DNA of 64,000 bases. Source: Thecamonas trahens ATCC 50062 (lineage: Eukaryota > Protista > Apusomonadida). The stretch covers positions 1 to 64,000 of the forward strand of contig NW_013657661.1 in the NCBI RefSeq assembly GCF_000142905.1. The letters are read 5' to 3'. The translations under genes were made by a program, and so were the position numbers. Shown in pieces: positions 33,867 through 46,606 of this stretch (position 1 is the first letter of the stretch; every line of letters starts with the position of its first letter). The notes under the pieces are model-generated. The model was not told where the DNA came from. It saw only the letters and a program-made list of their open reading frames with translations, and searched no databases.

Positions 33867-36800
33867 ATGAAGCTGCGGGCAAGTCACGCAAGCAGCAACC
33901 GCGAGGAGAGTGTGTCTGGTCATGCTGGTGGTGGCGTCGCCCTTGCTGGTGTTCCTGGTGGTCAGGGTGGAGCTCTGGCTGCGCCTGCTGCACTCGCTCC
34001 TTCTCATTATGGTGGACTTCCTTCTTCGAGTATCATAAGCTCTAGTGCTGAACATGCTGCTGCTGCTGGTGGTGCTGGGGGTGCTGCTGCTGCTACTCTT
34101 CCGTTTTCTGTGCCCTTTGATGGCGGCGAGTCCGGCCTGCCTCGCTCGCCCTCGCTCTCGCATGGAAGTGGCTCAAGCATGGTCTTTGCTGCTGATGGTC
34201 GTGCCGGCATGGCTGGTGTCGGCATGGGTGGTGGTGGTGGTGGTGGTGGTGGCGGTGGTGGTGGGAATGGTCCGGTGGGTGGATCTGGATTTGCCATGGG
34301 CATGCTGAAGAAGAACCCGGGCCTAGCCATGGCCCTTGCCGTTGCTGTCTTTCTCGCCGTCGGCTACTTTGTTGCATCGTCGGACTACACCCAGCGTGGT
34401 GGCGCCTACGTTGCTGTCAACCAAGAGCTTACTACCTCGGGATTGGGCTCGTCCGGCGATAGCTCGTCGTCGGGCGATAGCGACGACAACACCCCAGCAG
34501 CAACGCCAAAGTCACGCCGGCGTCGCCCGCCTCCTCCGAGTCCGAAACTAACCCTCGCTCCGACCCCGACCCCGACTCCGACTCCTACTCCGACTCCGGC
34601 CCCGACCCCGGCCCCGACCCCGGCCCCGACCCCGGCCCCGACCCCGACCACGGTGTCTCCCCCCTTCTCATCCTCCGGCGACGGCAAGATGTCGGCCTCG
34701 TCCGGCGACGGCAAGATGTCGACCACATCCGGCGACGGCAAGATGCCGGCCTCGTCTGGCGACAGCAAGATGTCGGCCTCGTCCGGCGACGGCAAGATGT
34801 CGGCCTCGTCCGGCGACGGCAAGATGTCGGCCTCGTCCGGCGACGGCAAGATGTCGGCCTCGTCCGGCGACGGCAAGATGTCGACCACATCCGGCGACGG
34901 CAAGATGTCGGCCTCGTCTGGCGACAGCAAGATGTCGGCCTCGTCCGGCGACAGCAGATGTCGGCCTCGTCCGGCGACAGCAAGATGTCGGCCTCGTCCG
35001 GCGACGGCAAGATGTCGACCACAACCGGCGACGGCAAGATGTCGACCACATCCGGCGACGGCAAGATGTCGGCCTCGTCCGGCGACGGCAAGATGTCGGC
35101 CTCGTCCGGCGACGGCAAGATGCCGGCCTCGTCCGGCGACGGCAAGATGCCGGCCTCGTCCGGCGACGGCAAGATGCCGGCCTCGTCCGGCGACGGCAAG
35201 ATGTCGACTACATCCGCCTCCTCATCCGGCTCGGGATCATCCGGCTCCAAGACGCCTTCACCGACAAAGGCCCGGCGTCGCCGATCTCCGAAGACAAGCT
35301 CATTGCGCCGCACGGCGGAAGCCTAGTCCAGCTCATTCCGGCCGACGAGGACGAGCGTGAGGCTATCAAGGACGAGGCCTCGGCACTACCGTCGTACACT
35401 CTCACCGAGCGCCAGCTGTGTGACATTGAGATGCTGCTCTCGGGTGCGTTCTCGCCGCTCGACGGATTCATGGACCAGAAGACGTATAAGAGTGTTATCC
35501 GTAGCATGCGTCTGCCGTCGGGCGAGCTCTGGCCGATGCCGATCACGCTCGACGTGACCGATGCTGACCTGGAGTTTATGACACCCGGTGCCTCTGTCGC
35601 GCTCCGTGACAAGTACTACAACCTCATTGCCATCCTTGACGTGCCCAATGGCAAGAACGCGATTTTCAAGCCGCAGCTCGCACTCGAGTCGGCCAATGTC
35701 TTTGGCACCAGCGACAGCTCGCACCCGGCCGTGCATTACCTTATGAACGTGGCCGGCAACCACCTGGTGTCCGGCAAGCTCCGCGGGTACCAGCTCCCGC
35801 CACACTACGACTACCGCGAGCTCCGGCGGACGCCCGCCGAGACCCGCGCCTTGTTTGCGAGCCTCGGTCAGGCCGACGTTGTCGCGTTCCAGACCCGTAA
35901 CCCGATGCACCGGGCGCACATCGAGCTGACGCTCCGGGCCTCGGCCGATGTGGCTGGGCATCTGCTCATCCAGCCGGCAGTTGGGATGACCAAGCCCGGA
36001 GACATCCCGTACTCGACCCGCGTCAAGTGCTACAAGATCATTGTCGATCCCGAGAAGGGCATCTACGCTCCAGGCTCGGTCACTCTCTCGCTCATGCCGC
36101 TCGCCATGCGCATGGCTGGCCCGCGCGAGGCGCTCTGGCACGCCATCGTCCGCAAGAACTACGGCGCTTCACACTTTATCGTCGGCCGCGACCACGCAGG
36201 GTGCAAATCCGCTGACGGCAGCGACTTTTACGGCCCGTTTGCCGCCCAGGAGCTTGTCGAAAGCCACGCCGACGAGCTCGGTATGACCTTCAAGACCTAC
36301 CCCAAGATGGTGTATGATACCTCGCGCGACGGCTACTTTCCGGTCGACGACGTGCCTGCCAAGAACGCGCTCTCCATCTCGGGCACCAGATTCCGGGCCA
36401 TGTTGGCGTCTGGCGAGCCCATCGAGCCGTGGTTCTCGGACCCGGACGTCATCGAAGTCCTGCGCCTCGAGTACCCGCCGATGTCGCGCCGCGGCTTTGT
36501 TCTCTTCTTCACCGGCCTCTCCGGCTCGGGCAAGACCACCGTTGCCCACGCCCTTCTCCCCACGCTCGAGCAGTACCCCGGCCGCCACTACACCCTCCTC
36601 GACGGCGACGTCGTCCGCACTTACCTCTCGTCGGAGCTCTCGTTCTCGCGCCACGACCGCGACCTCAACATTGCCCGCCTCGGCTTTGTTGCCTCGGAAA
36701 TCGCCAAGAACGGCGGCGCCGCCATCATCTCCGCCATCGCGCCCTACGCCGAGGCCCGCGCCGAGGCTCGTGCCATCGTCGAGGCCGCAGGCGGCGTCTT

Positions 36801-37226
36801 TGTCGAGATTTGGCAGTCGACCTCGGTCGAGGTCTGTGCTGAGCGCGACGTTAAGGGCCTCTACAAAAAGGCCAAAGACGACCCCGACTTTGAGCTCACC
36901 GGCGTCCACCCGAACGCGCCGTACCACGAGCCGGAAACCCGGACATCGTCATTGACGGTGGCGTCCTCACTGTTCCCGACGCTGTCAACGAGATCATCGA
37001 CTACCTCCTCGACTCTGGCTTGCTCCTTGCCACAGACGCCTCTGATGACAATGACCAGCAGGCTGATCACGCTGCCAATGACGAACACGACGCCTCCACC
37101 GGCAGTGATGACCTTGACGAGGCAGACTCGGCCAACACTGCTAGGACGGCCAAGTCGACCAAGTCGACCAAGTCGACCAAGTCGACCAACACCAGTCCCA
37201 AGGCCAAGCGCAAGCCTGGCCATTAA
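33867..37226 (+). CDS. Bifunctional ATP sulfurylase-APS kinase (PAPS synthase) with N-terminal TM anchor and repeat stalk; frameshifts near 34957, 35250 and 36938
   Basis: LIAPHGG, LLSGAFSPLDGFM, VAFQTRNPMHRAH, MRMAGPREALWHA, HFIVGRDHAG, then FTGLSGSGKTT, LDGDVVR, RDVKGLY. Upstream are KK-GLAMALAVAVFLAVGYFVA and the repeats. The N-terminal fusion is inferred. Confidence 0.85.
34670..35210 (+). repeat. Coding 27-bp minisatellite, about 20 copies, encoding MSASSGDGK and variants
   Basis: Unit atgtcggcctcgtccggcgacggcaag with MSTT, MPAS and GDSK variants. One copy near 34957 lacks an A. Confidence 0.95.
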
Positions 37227-37259
37227 TCGCCCCCGCCTCCCTCCCCCCCCCCCCCCCCC

Positions 37260-37815
37260 TTCCTCCCCCCCTCACGCTCCACCACCGCCAACCCACGAGG
37301 CGAGTCGCCGCAGCACCACCACCACCTTTCTCCTCTCTTTACAAAAGCAATCAAATCAGGTCACAATGTCCGCCACAAACGACCGCTACATGACCGACAT
37401 GTCGAGCGAGTTCAACATTCGCATGGTACGCATGCGTGGCTGTAGCAGGAGGATGGGAGGGGGGGGGGGGGGGGGGAGGGGGCGAGGGGACACTCCATGN
37501 NNNNNNNNNNNNNNNNNNNNNNNNNNNNNNNNNNNNNNNNNNNNNNNNNNNNNNNNNNNNNNNNNNNNNNNNNNNNNNNNNNNNNNNNNNNNNNNNNNNC
37601 GTCTTCCTCCCCCCCTCACGCTCCACCACCGCCAACCCACGAGGCGAGTCGCCGCAGCACCACCACCACCTTTCTCCTCTCTTTACAAAAGCAATCAAAT
37701 CAGGTCACAATGTCCGCCACAAACGACCGCTACATGACCGACATGTCGAGCGAGTTCAACATTCGCATGGTACGCATGCGTGGCTGTAGCAGGAGGATGG
37801 GAGGGGGGGGGGGGG
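37260..37815. repeat. About 210-bp duplication on either side of the N gap 37500-37599 (likely contig-overlap artefact)
   Basis: 37260-37470 is repeated at 37604-37815 and includes exon 1 of the acyl-CoA ligase. Confidence 0.8.
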
Positions 37816-40031
37816 GGGGGGGGGCGAGGGGGAGGGGAGGGGGGGGAACAAAAGCCAACGGGTGCCTCCCAGGTGCTTCCCGACCAGAAGGCTGTGTTTG
37901 CGGGTGCCTGTGAGGGCAAGACCACGCCAGGCTTCCTCCACACACACACATACATACACACGCACACGCTCTTTCTCTTGTTCTTGGTGACTACCTTGCT
38001 AATGGCAACTCTCTACCTCGCTACCTTTGCTCGCACGCGTGTATGGCCATGGCCTCGCCGCTCGTCGTGACTGGCCACGTTTTGGCTTTCTTCACTTGGC
38101 GTCTGTTTTTTGGCAAACGAGCTCACGCGTAGACGATTATTTTCTGATGCGGACAATTTTTTCCTTTTGTAGCAATTTTTTGAGACTCACGCCACACCCA
38201 CACCCCTTCACCCGCGCAGGGCACCGAGGGCTTTGCTGCCGAGCCGCCGACAACAGTGTGCGCGGCGATCAAGAAGCGTGCGGAGGATACGCCAGACAAG
38301 GTTGCGTACAACATCATGCCCGAGGGCGCGACCGAGTGGCAGTCGACAACGTGGAGCGAGTACTACCAGATCTGTCGGCAGTCTGCCAAGTCGTTGATGG
38401 CGCTCGGGCTTGAGGCGCACGAGGCGATTGCGGTGCGCGGCTTTAACTCGCCCGAGTGGTTCGCGGCGGATGTGGGCGCCATTCTTGCCGGCGGCGTGGC
38501 GGCAGGCATCTACACGACCAACGGGCCAGAGGCGTCGGCGTACATTGTCAGCCACTCTGGTGCCAAGATTGTGTTTGTGGAGAACGCCCGGCACCTTGCG
38601 ATCATGCTCGCGGCGCGCGACCAGATGCCCAACGTGACCACGTTTGTGCAGTGGTCGGGCGAGGTTGACGCGTCGGTGGAGGGCCTGCTCTCGTGGGAGG
38701 CGTTCCTTGCCGCCGGTGCAGATGTGCCGGACGCGGACCTGGACGCGCGGATGGAGGCGACCCGGCCTGGCCACTGCGCCACCCTCATCTATACCTCGGG
38801 CACGACCGGTCACCCCAAGGCAGTCATGGTGACGCACGACAACCTGACGTGGAACGCCAAGCTCACGTTCTCGCTCATCTCCAAGGTGGACGAGGAGCAC
38901 CTCATCTCGTTCCTGCCGCTCTCGCACGTGGCCGGGCAGATGCTGGACATCATCGGCCCGATGATCACCGGCGGCACCATCTGGTTTGCGCGGCCGGACG
39001 CGCTCAAGGGCACGCTCTTTGACACTGTCAAGGCTGTCCGCCCGACGGTCTTCCTCGCCGTCCCGCGAGTCTTTGAGAAGCTCGCCGACAAGCTCAAGAT
39101 GGTGATGGCGGCCAAGGCCAAGGCGGCGGCCGCTGCCGGCGAGACGCCGCAGCCGCTGCCTGAGGGCGCCGTCCAGGCCATGCTCGGCCTCGACCGGTGC
39201 CACTACGTGTCGACGGCGGCGGCGCCCATCTCGCTGCAGATTCTGCAGTTCTTCAAGAAGATCGGGATCGAGATCTTCTCCATCTACGGCATGTCCGAGA
39301 ACACCGGGGCGTCGTCAGTCTCGCTGGCAGGCGCCAACAAGCTCGGCGCCGTGGGCAAGCCCATGCCGCACACCGAGATCAAGCTCGCCGACCCAGACGC
39401 CGAGGGTAACGGCGAGATCTGCAAGCGCGGCCGCCACGTCTTTGCCGGCTACAAGGACAACGAGGAGGCGTCAGCCGCGGCCATCGACGAGGATGGCTTC
39501 CTGCACTCGGGCGACCTCGGCCGCTTTGACGAGGACGGCTTCCTCCACATCACCGGCCGCATTAAGGAGCTGCTCATCACCGCCGGTGGCGAGAACGTCG
39601 GCCCGGTCGGCATCGAGACCTACATCAAGGACCACTGCCCGCTCCTCTCCAACGCCATCTGCATCGGCGACCGCCGCAAGTACCTCTCGCTCCTGGTTGC
39701 CATCAAGTGCGAGATCGACATGACCAACGGCAAGGCGACCGAGACGCCCACGCCCGATGCCCTCGCCGTCCTCGCCAAGATCGGCTCCACCGCCACAACC
39801 GTCTCGGAGGCCCACGCCTGCGAGAAGGTCAAGGCCTACGTCCAGTCGACTATCGACGACTACAACGAGAACGGCTCCGTCTCGCGTGCCCAGCTCATCC
39901 GCAAGTGGGAGTTCCTCCCCGAGGACGTCTCCATCGGCAACGGCTGCCTCACCTCGACCATGAAGCTCAAGCGCCGCATTGTTTACAAGGTCTTCTCGGA
40001 CGTCATCGAGTCGATGTACGTCGAGGCGTAA
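37710..40031 (+). CDS. Long-chain fatty acyl-CoA synthetase, bubblegum (ACSBG)-like; intron 37770-38219
   Basis: GFNSPEWF, GIYTTN, LIYTSGTTGHPK, SFLPLSHVAGQ, YGMSE, LHSGDLG, ITGRIKELLITAGGEN. Exon 1 MSATNDRY...IRM|GTACGC joins in frame. Confidence 0.92.
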
Positions 40032-40449
40032 CCGGCTTCCCGCTTCCTCACCTCCAACAACCCCCGCCCCATCCTGACTTGCTTCTGGTCCTGGTTTCCT
40101 TGGTGCAACCGCAGTCTGTAAAGACCTCCAGAAGCGTACCTAACAACCGGACGCCGAGTGCAGAACAAGCTCGACGCAATGATCCCACCCCATCTCCTTC
40201 TTACCCATCAGCCCACTGGTCATGCCCCGCCCAACCTGGCACACCACCGCTCCGCCTCGGTCTCAGCCTCCCGCCTCAGCCTCTGGCCTCGGCTTCGGCC
40301 AACCCAATCCATCTCACCAGCCATCCCCTCCCCTCCTCCCTCCCCCACACACCACACACCACACACCACACACCACTCACCACAACCACAACCACCACAA
40401 CCACAACCACCACAACCACACACACACACACACACACGCGCGCGCATAC

Positions 40450-42348
40450 ATGGGCCGGGCCAAGAAACTTCGCTCCAAGCAGCGGCAGCGAGCAAAGGCT
40501 GAACGTCGCTTCTCCCCGCATGACCACCGAGTGGCAACGCCAAGCGAAGCTCTCCACTCGGCCACATCGTCTGATGCCCTTCCGACTCGTCTCGTTGACC
40601 TCCTCTCCGCTCTGGCTTCGAACAATGCTTCCGAGAGGGAAGTCGCCGCTGGCTCTCTTGCATCTCTGGCTGCTTCTCTCGATGCGTCATCGCTCGATGA
40701 TTCGGCGCCGACCACGTCGGCTGCCTCATCGCTGCCGCAGCCCAAGCGCCGCATCGGCTCGGGTGCTCTGGTCGATGTCGAAGCTCAGGCTCTGTTCCGG
40801 AGCGAGGTCATGGACGCTCTGCGGGTGCGCATGTTTGATAGCGTGCTGGCTGTCCGGGTCACGGTTGCTGGCGTCATCCGCAACATCGGCGTGAGCTCGC
40901 TCGAGGGTGCCGAGGCGCTGATGGCCAACGACGGCGTTGCCTGCGTGGCCATGAGCCTCAGCAAGGTCCGTGAGGAGCTGGAGGCCGGCGGGCGGTCGCA
41001 AGATGAGGTGATGCAGATGTGGATGATGATTGGTCACCTGGCGGCCATTGCCCAGTGCATGGCCGAGGCTACGCCCGAGGCCGCGGCTGCGCTCACCAAC
41101 GCCGGCGGACTCGCCGAGTGCCTGGTCCCGCTACTGGCCCAAGCCGACGACGTGCCCGGGCAGGTTCTTGTGGAGGCTGCCAAGTGCATCATGACGCTTG
41201 CTGACGGCAACCCGTCGTTTGTGACGGCGCTCACTGCTGCTGCCGGCTCTGAGGAGGCGCTGCTGACCTCGCTCCGGCCGCTCCTCGCCGCCGACAACGC
41301 GTTGATTGCGGTTCTCGGTGCCGGGGTCCTTCTGGCGCTGGTGAGTTCATCACAGGCTGCGGGAGTGGTCCTCCCCGAGGTTGCGCCTATTCTCCGAGCT
41401 GCGGTGGCGGGCGTCGATCCGGCGGCGACCATCGGCGACGAAAGCACCGACGGCGGTGCGTGGCACGAGGCGGTGGTGGCGTCGCGGATGGCGCTTGAGA
41501 TGCTGACCAACGCGCTGGTGGTGGAGGTTGAGGAGAGCAGCGATGCGGGCGCGGGCGTCGATCCTGTGGTGGCGGCGGCAGTCGGGCCCGGAGCGGTGCT
41601 CTCGGACCTTGTTCTTCCGCGCATGGCCGTCCTTCCGGACCAGGTCCACGCGCTCGGGCGGACGCTCGACTCGATCGGTGAGCGAGTGCGGACGTACTAC
41701 GGCCACCTTGTGCGGGTGGTCGGTCTCGCGACCAATGCGTGGATGGTGCTCGAGTCGGCCGAGGCTGCGGCTGCGCTAGTGCCGGTGTGGCAAGCCACGC
41801 TGCAGCTGCTGCGCACGGCCGAGGTCGGCGGTGCAGCCGGCGACGTGGTGGAGCCCGCGCTCACGCTTGCGTCGGCCATCCTGCAGCGTGCGCGGCTCGA
41901 CGACGGCTGCCCTACGCCGGACGCGTCGCCCGAGGTGTGGCAGATGATTGTACAGCTGGCAAGCACGGCGCCAATGCGGCTGGTCCGGGTTAAGGCCACC
42001 GAGGTTGCGGCGCTACTGGGCGCGGCGATGCGTGTGGGCGCGAGCGCCGACGGCGCCGACGCGCTCGTCGCCTTTATCGCCAACCAGCTCGACGACGCCG
42101 AGATCGGAGTGGTCCTCGAGGCCGCCGACGCTGTCTTTGAGCTCCTCGCGAGCTCGGCGGTCAACGCGGCGCTCGCCTCCTCGGGCCTTCTCGGCAAGCT
42201 CGGCAAGCTGGAGCAGACCCTCACCGCAGCTATCGAGGACGGCATGCGGACCGAGTCGTTGCCAGAGGACGTGCTGATGCGGGCCGACGACGTGGTGACC
42301 AACCTCCCGCGGTTTGTCGTCTACAAGCAGCAGCAGATGTCCAAGTAA
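40450..42348 (+). CDS. HEATR3: HEATR3/Syo1-like ARM/HEAT-repeat ribosomal-protein import adaptor
   Basis: Basic N-terminus MGRAKKLRSK...RFSPH, EREVAAGSLASL, VRVTVAGVIRNI, and C-terminal NLPRFVVYK. Confidence 0.7.
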   Translation: MGRAKKLRSKQRQRAKAERRFSPHDHRVATPSEALHSATSSDALPTRLVDLLSALASNNASEREVAAGSLASLAASLDASSLDDSAPTTSAASSLPQPKRRIGSGALVDVEAQALFRSEVMDALRVRMFDSVLAVRVTVAGVIRNIGVSSLEGAEALMANDGVACVAMSLSKVREELEAGGRSQDEVMQMWMMIGHLAAIAQCMAEATPEAAAALTNAGGLAECLVPLLAQADDVPGQVLVEAAKCIMTLADGNPSFVTALTAAAGSEEALLTSLRPLLAADNALIAVLGAGVLLALVSSSQAAGVVLPEVAPILRAAVAGVDPAATIGDESTDGGAWHEAVVASRMALEMLTNALVVEVEESSDAGAGVDPVVAAAVGPGAVLSDLVLPRMAVLPDQVHALGRTLDSIGERVRTYYGHLVRVVGLATNAWMVLESAEAAAALVPVWQATLQLLRTAEVGGAAGDVVEPALTLASAILQRARLDDGCPTPDASPEVWQMIVQLASTAPMRLVRVKATEVAALLGAAMRVGASADGADALVAFIANQLDDAEIGVVLEAADAVFELLASSAVNAALASSGLLGKLGKLEQTLTAAIEDGMRTESLPEDVLMRADDVVTNLPRFVVYKQQQMSK

Positions 42349-42410
42349 GCAGCCACACACCCGACTTGCCGGTGCTGTCTGTTTACCTCTCCCTTCCCGC
42401 GCCGACGCGC

Positions 42411-43080
42411 CTAAAAGCCGTCGTACTGGGCGACGTCGACGGCGTCGCCGCCGAACCGGTACACGATGCCGGCGATAAAGATGAAGAGCGACTGGAGGAA
42501 CATGGCGAAGCCTGGCCAGGTGGTCTTGGGCGTCTTGCCGTCTGTCCGCTGCGTGTACTGGGTGATCATCAGCGCCATGCCCGCCATTACGCTTCCCAGC
42601 CCGAGCACAAACGCCACCAGCATCCACAGTCGGGCCGCCATCGGCGAGCCGCCCGAGAACGCGTCTGTGTTCCCGATGGCCTTTGACGAGATGGGCATCA
42701 TCCTGCGCGTGTGGTTCGAAGTTGGGGAGGGTGAGCCAGAGAGTGCGCGTGCATGCATGTCTGTGTGTGTGTGCGTGTGTGGAGGCTATGCCCATACCCC
42801 CGCCCTACGACCGCCACATGCACCCGACCATAGACCATGCCCATACCCCCCCCCCCCCCCCCCCACTGCACACACACCCCCATACACACACCTCGACGTA
42901 CATGAGAAGGAATAGAGTGGCAGCAATGCCCGGCATCCAGAAGCCAAAGACAATGTCGACGTTGTTGTGGACATGGTTCGAGTACGCCACCGAGTCGATG
43001 AAGAGGCCCCAGCCAATGCCAAAGAACACGCCGGCAATGGCAGACACATGCGGCGGCTTGAGGCGGATAACAAGCGGCAT
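42411..43080 (-). CDS. Vps68/TMEM50 (UPF0220) membrane protein, one intron at about 42703-42900
   Basis: AGVFFGIGWGLFID, WMPGIAAT, ARLWMLVAF, WPGFAMFLQSLFIF. Confidence 0.85.
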
Positions 43081-43297
43081 GGTGGTAGGTGGGGGTGGTG
43101 GCGGTGGTGGCGGTGGGTGGGGGGTGGTAGGGGGTCGGAAGTGAGGTACCACTCCCCCCTCCCCCCCCCCCCCCCCCCCCTGCCTGCCACAGCTCGCACA
43201 TGCAGGTGTCCCGCCCCACCCACCCCCCCACCCTCACCCCGACCCGCCACTGGAAATGACACAGTTATGTTCAACAAAAGGGAAAAAGAGAGCGCAC

Positions 43298-43559
43298 TCA
43301 GATGGTCATGAGCGCAGAAGCACCACCCATGTCGTAGTCGCGCTTGGACGAGCCGCTGCCGGAGCAGCAGCACTTGCAGATGATGGCAGAGATGAGGATG
43401 CCGATGATGAGCGAGCCGAGGGCGACGCCGGCGAGGATGTAGTTGTCGGTCTTGAACACGCCGTCGTCCTTGGACGGCGACGAGATGGCCGACGAGCCTC
43501 CGGGCGGCGGCGGCGAAGGGGTTCCAGGCGCCGGCGGCGGCGGCGCGGCAGCGACAGTG

Positions 43560-43590
<31 letters not shown>

Positions 43591-46500
43591 GCGGGACGAC
43601 GCACGCTGCCGGCGGGACAACCGGCACAATCTGCCCGCGCGCCTCACCCGACGGGATGAGCCACGAGTGCAAGTTGAGGTAGAACTCGCCAGCGTTGAAC
43701 GACGCGAGCTGCGCCGCCGAGATCGACTGCAGCGACGGGAGCGAAATGGGCGACGAGAGCCACGCGAGCGTCCCGATGTCAAAGGTGAGCGCGCCGTTGG
43801 TGCCGGCGGCGCCGAGGTGCATGTGAACCTTGGTCACGTCGCGCTTGATGTTGTGGAGGACCGTGGCGTTCATGGTCATCGCGTTGGCGTCGACCGAGAC
43901 CGCGATCATGCCGCCGCGGGTCGAGAGGACCGGCGGCACCTCCTGCCCGCCGACCGCAGACACAGAGCCGTAGTTGAACTCGGAGACCGCCACCGTTCCG
44001 CGGAGCTCGCCGCCCGGGTTGGTCACCGAGTGCAGGTTGACGTACATTGTCTGCGACTTGAGCATGCACCGGTGCTCCGGCGCAATGACCAGCGAGCCCA
44101 CAACCGGCGAGACGGACGCTGCCGGCGTAGCTGCAAACTCGTACAGCGCAGCACCGCCCGACGCCTGATGCAAGTGCACCTTGGTGGCGTCCGGCACGGT
44201 GTGCCAGATCGCGTAGTCGAGCGTCGATGACGCCTCGTTCCACGTCAGTGCCGCAAAGCCAGTCCAAGGCGAATCGACAGGCGTCGCCTCCTCCCACCCG
44301 CTCAGCCGCACCATCCACGAGATGCTCCCCGCAGGCACCACAGGCGCCGCCACGGGCGCAAGTGCCTCGATCTGCGCACGCACAGTGCCCTCGGTCACAG
44401 ACATGACCTCGACGTACGCGAGCCCGGTCCGCGCCGCCACAGCAATCTGGCGGTCGACCATAGACGTGCCTGCAGACTCGCTCTGTCCGCACGGCCCGAC
44501 GCAGAGCGACTGAAGCGCGCTCCCGGTCTCACCCGCCTTGTGCGGCGCAGCAATATCGGCCGCAGTCACCGCTCCGCCCGTGTACGTCGTCATGAGCGAG
44601 TAGGTTCCCAGCGACGCGCCGCCCGGCATCTCCTCCTCGTATGTCGTGATGAGCACGCTCGTCGCCGCCGACGTCTGCGGGCTCGCGCCGTACGTCCGCG
44701 ACACGTCCCACACGCTCGGTGCCGCCGCGTACGTAAACTTGGGCGCCGTGATCTGCCCGCGGATCGCACCCGCCGGGTGGTTCACCGTGTGCACGTTCCA
44801 GTACGCGTTGCCGGCCACAAAGTCTGCGGCCTGCGTTGCCGTGAGCGGCGGCGTCGAGCCCTCGATCCCGTTGCCCGCCGGCGAGTCGGCCACCACAAAC
44901 ATCTTCGGACCGTTTGTCCCGGCCGCGCCCTGGTGGAGGTGGACCTGTGAGACTGCCGACGCGAGGTTGACCCACACCACGCGGTAGTCGACCGTAAAGT
45001 CGACAGGGTTGAACGTCGCCACGGCCACGCCAGTCGCCGCAGACGTCGACGGCGGCACCTCCTGCTGCTTGTCCAGCCGCGCCACGTGCGTGATCTGTGA
45101 CGCAGGCGCAATCGCCACCTCGGTCATCTGCCCGCGCACCGCCCCGCTGCCGGTCGGCATCTCGTCCGTCCGCACGATAAACGAGGTCACGCCCACGACC
45201 CGGTTAAAGTCAAGCCCAACGCTCGCAGCGGTAAAGGTACCAGTCACCGCGCCCGAGTTGGCGCCCGAGCCCAGGAACGTCACCGCGTCCGGCACATAGC
45301 CGGCCGTCGCATTGACTCCGAGGTGCACCGTCGCGCCCGCGCCGACAGAGTCCGTCGCGTACACCACCGTGTAGCGGAAGCTCGAGCCGGTCGCATCGAG
45401 CGATGTCATCAGTGCCGCACCGCGCGCCACCACCGGCTCGGTATACGTCGCCTCAAAGCCCGAGAGCAGGCCGGCCGCCCGCGGGAGGTATGTCGTCCCC
45501 TCTGAGAGTTGCTGGTAGCTGAGCACGCCTCCGGCCACAATGCCGGTCCCGTCCGCCACGTTGACCGTCAGGCCCGGCGCCGCAAAGAACTTGGCCGTCT
45601 CGGTCACGTTGAGCGGGCCATCAAAGGTGTGGACGACCGGGGAGTCACACGCGCCAGCACCGGTGCACAGCACGTAGTTGCCCACGCTCACACCGAGCGC
45701 CGCGCTCGCGTTGTGCCACACCTGGACCGTCAGCGACGACGACGACGCATCAAACGCGCCGAGCGCCACGCCCACTACGTTCGAGCTCGCCACCGCGTCG
45801 AGATGCCCGGCAAAGTTGAACTGCGAAGGCGCCGCCGTCGCATCCAGCGCAAACGTCTGCCCGCGCATGTACGCCGACGACGAAGTGTGGAAGTTAAAGT
45901 AGTATCCGCCGTTGGCGAGGAGGTCGGCGTTGAGACTGTCGCAGTTACCGGTCCGCGACGCAAGAAAGTCGCAGACCTTGGTCCCTTCGCGCCCGAGCGT
46001 GTTCTGGTGGATGTGGATGGCCGTAATGTCCGGGTGCGCCACCGCGACCTCCATCGAGAGTAGGCCCGTGACAGTGTTGACCTGCCAGAACCCAACTGCT
46101 CGAGCCATCGGCCCAGCCGCAGGGTCGCGGACCGTCTCAAACACGTCCTCGGCCACCACGGCGCCAATCAGCATGTTCGGCCCGGCCGAGTAGCCCGCAG
46201 CCCACACGTCGCCGCGGACCTCGCCAGACGGAAAGTCGACCGTGTGCACGTTGACGTACGTGTTGCCGGCCGAAATGAGCGCGCCCCATTTGCGGTCGAC
46301 AGGCGTCGACGTGCCCCAGCCGGTCGTCGAGAAGAAGAGCTTCTCCGACCCCGAGTGAAGGTGGATGCCCGTGATGTCGGACGTCACGTTGGTCACCACA
46401 GAGTACGTGATCCGCGCTGTCACAGGGTCCCACGAGAGGACCGCCACGCCACGCGCCGTCGTCGCTGCAACAGGAATCTCGTTGTATCCGTTGAGCACCG

Positions 46501-46606
46501 CCACACCAGTCGCAGGCAGGGCACGGACAGCCGTACCCGTCGCAATACCCGCACATGCCAGAAGGCATGTGACTACAAGTACCGAGAAAATACCAGCCGT
46601 GTTCAT
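43298..46606 (-). CDS. Type I membrane protein with about 8 tandem CHRD domains
   Basis: Signal peptide; repeated L.G.qEVPP...G.A...VHLH...YVNVHT..P.GE.RGQI units; Pro stalk; TM helix followed by CKCCC and a short tail. Confidence 0.88.

Noticed and set aside
34670-35210. 27-bp repeat array as a possible CRISPR array
   Set aside because: The units are head-to-tail with no unique spacers, and the length is a multiple of 3. It is a coding minisatellite.
37260-37815. Apparent duplicated first exon of the acyl-CoA ligase (alternative promoters)
   Set aside because: Identical copies flank a 100-N placeholder gap, which is typical of unmerged contig ends.
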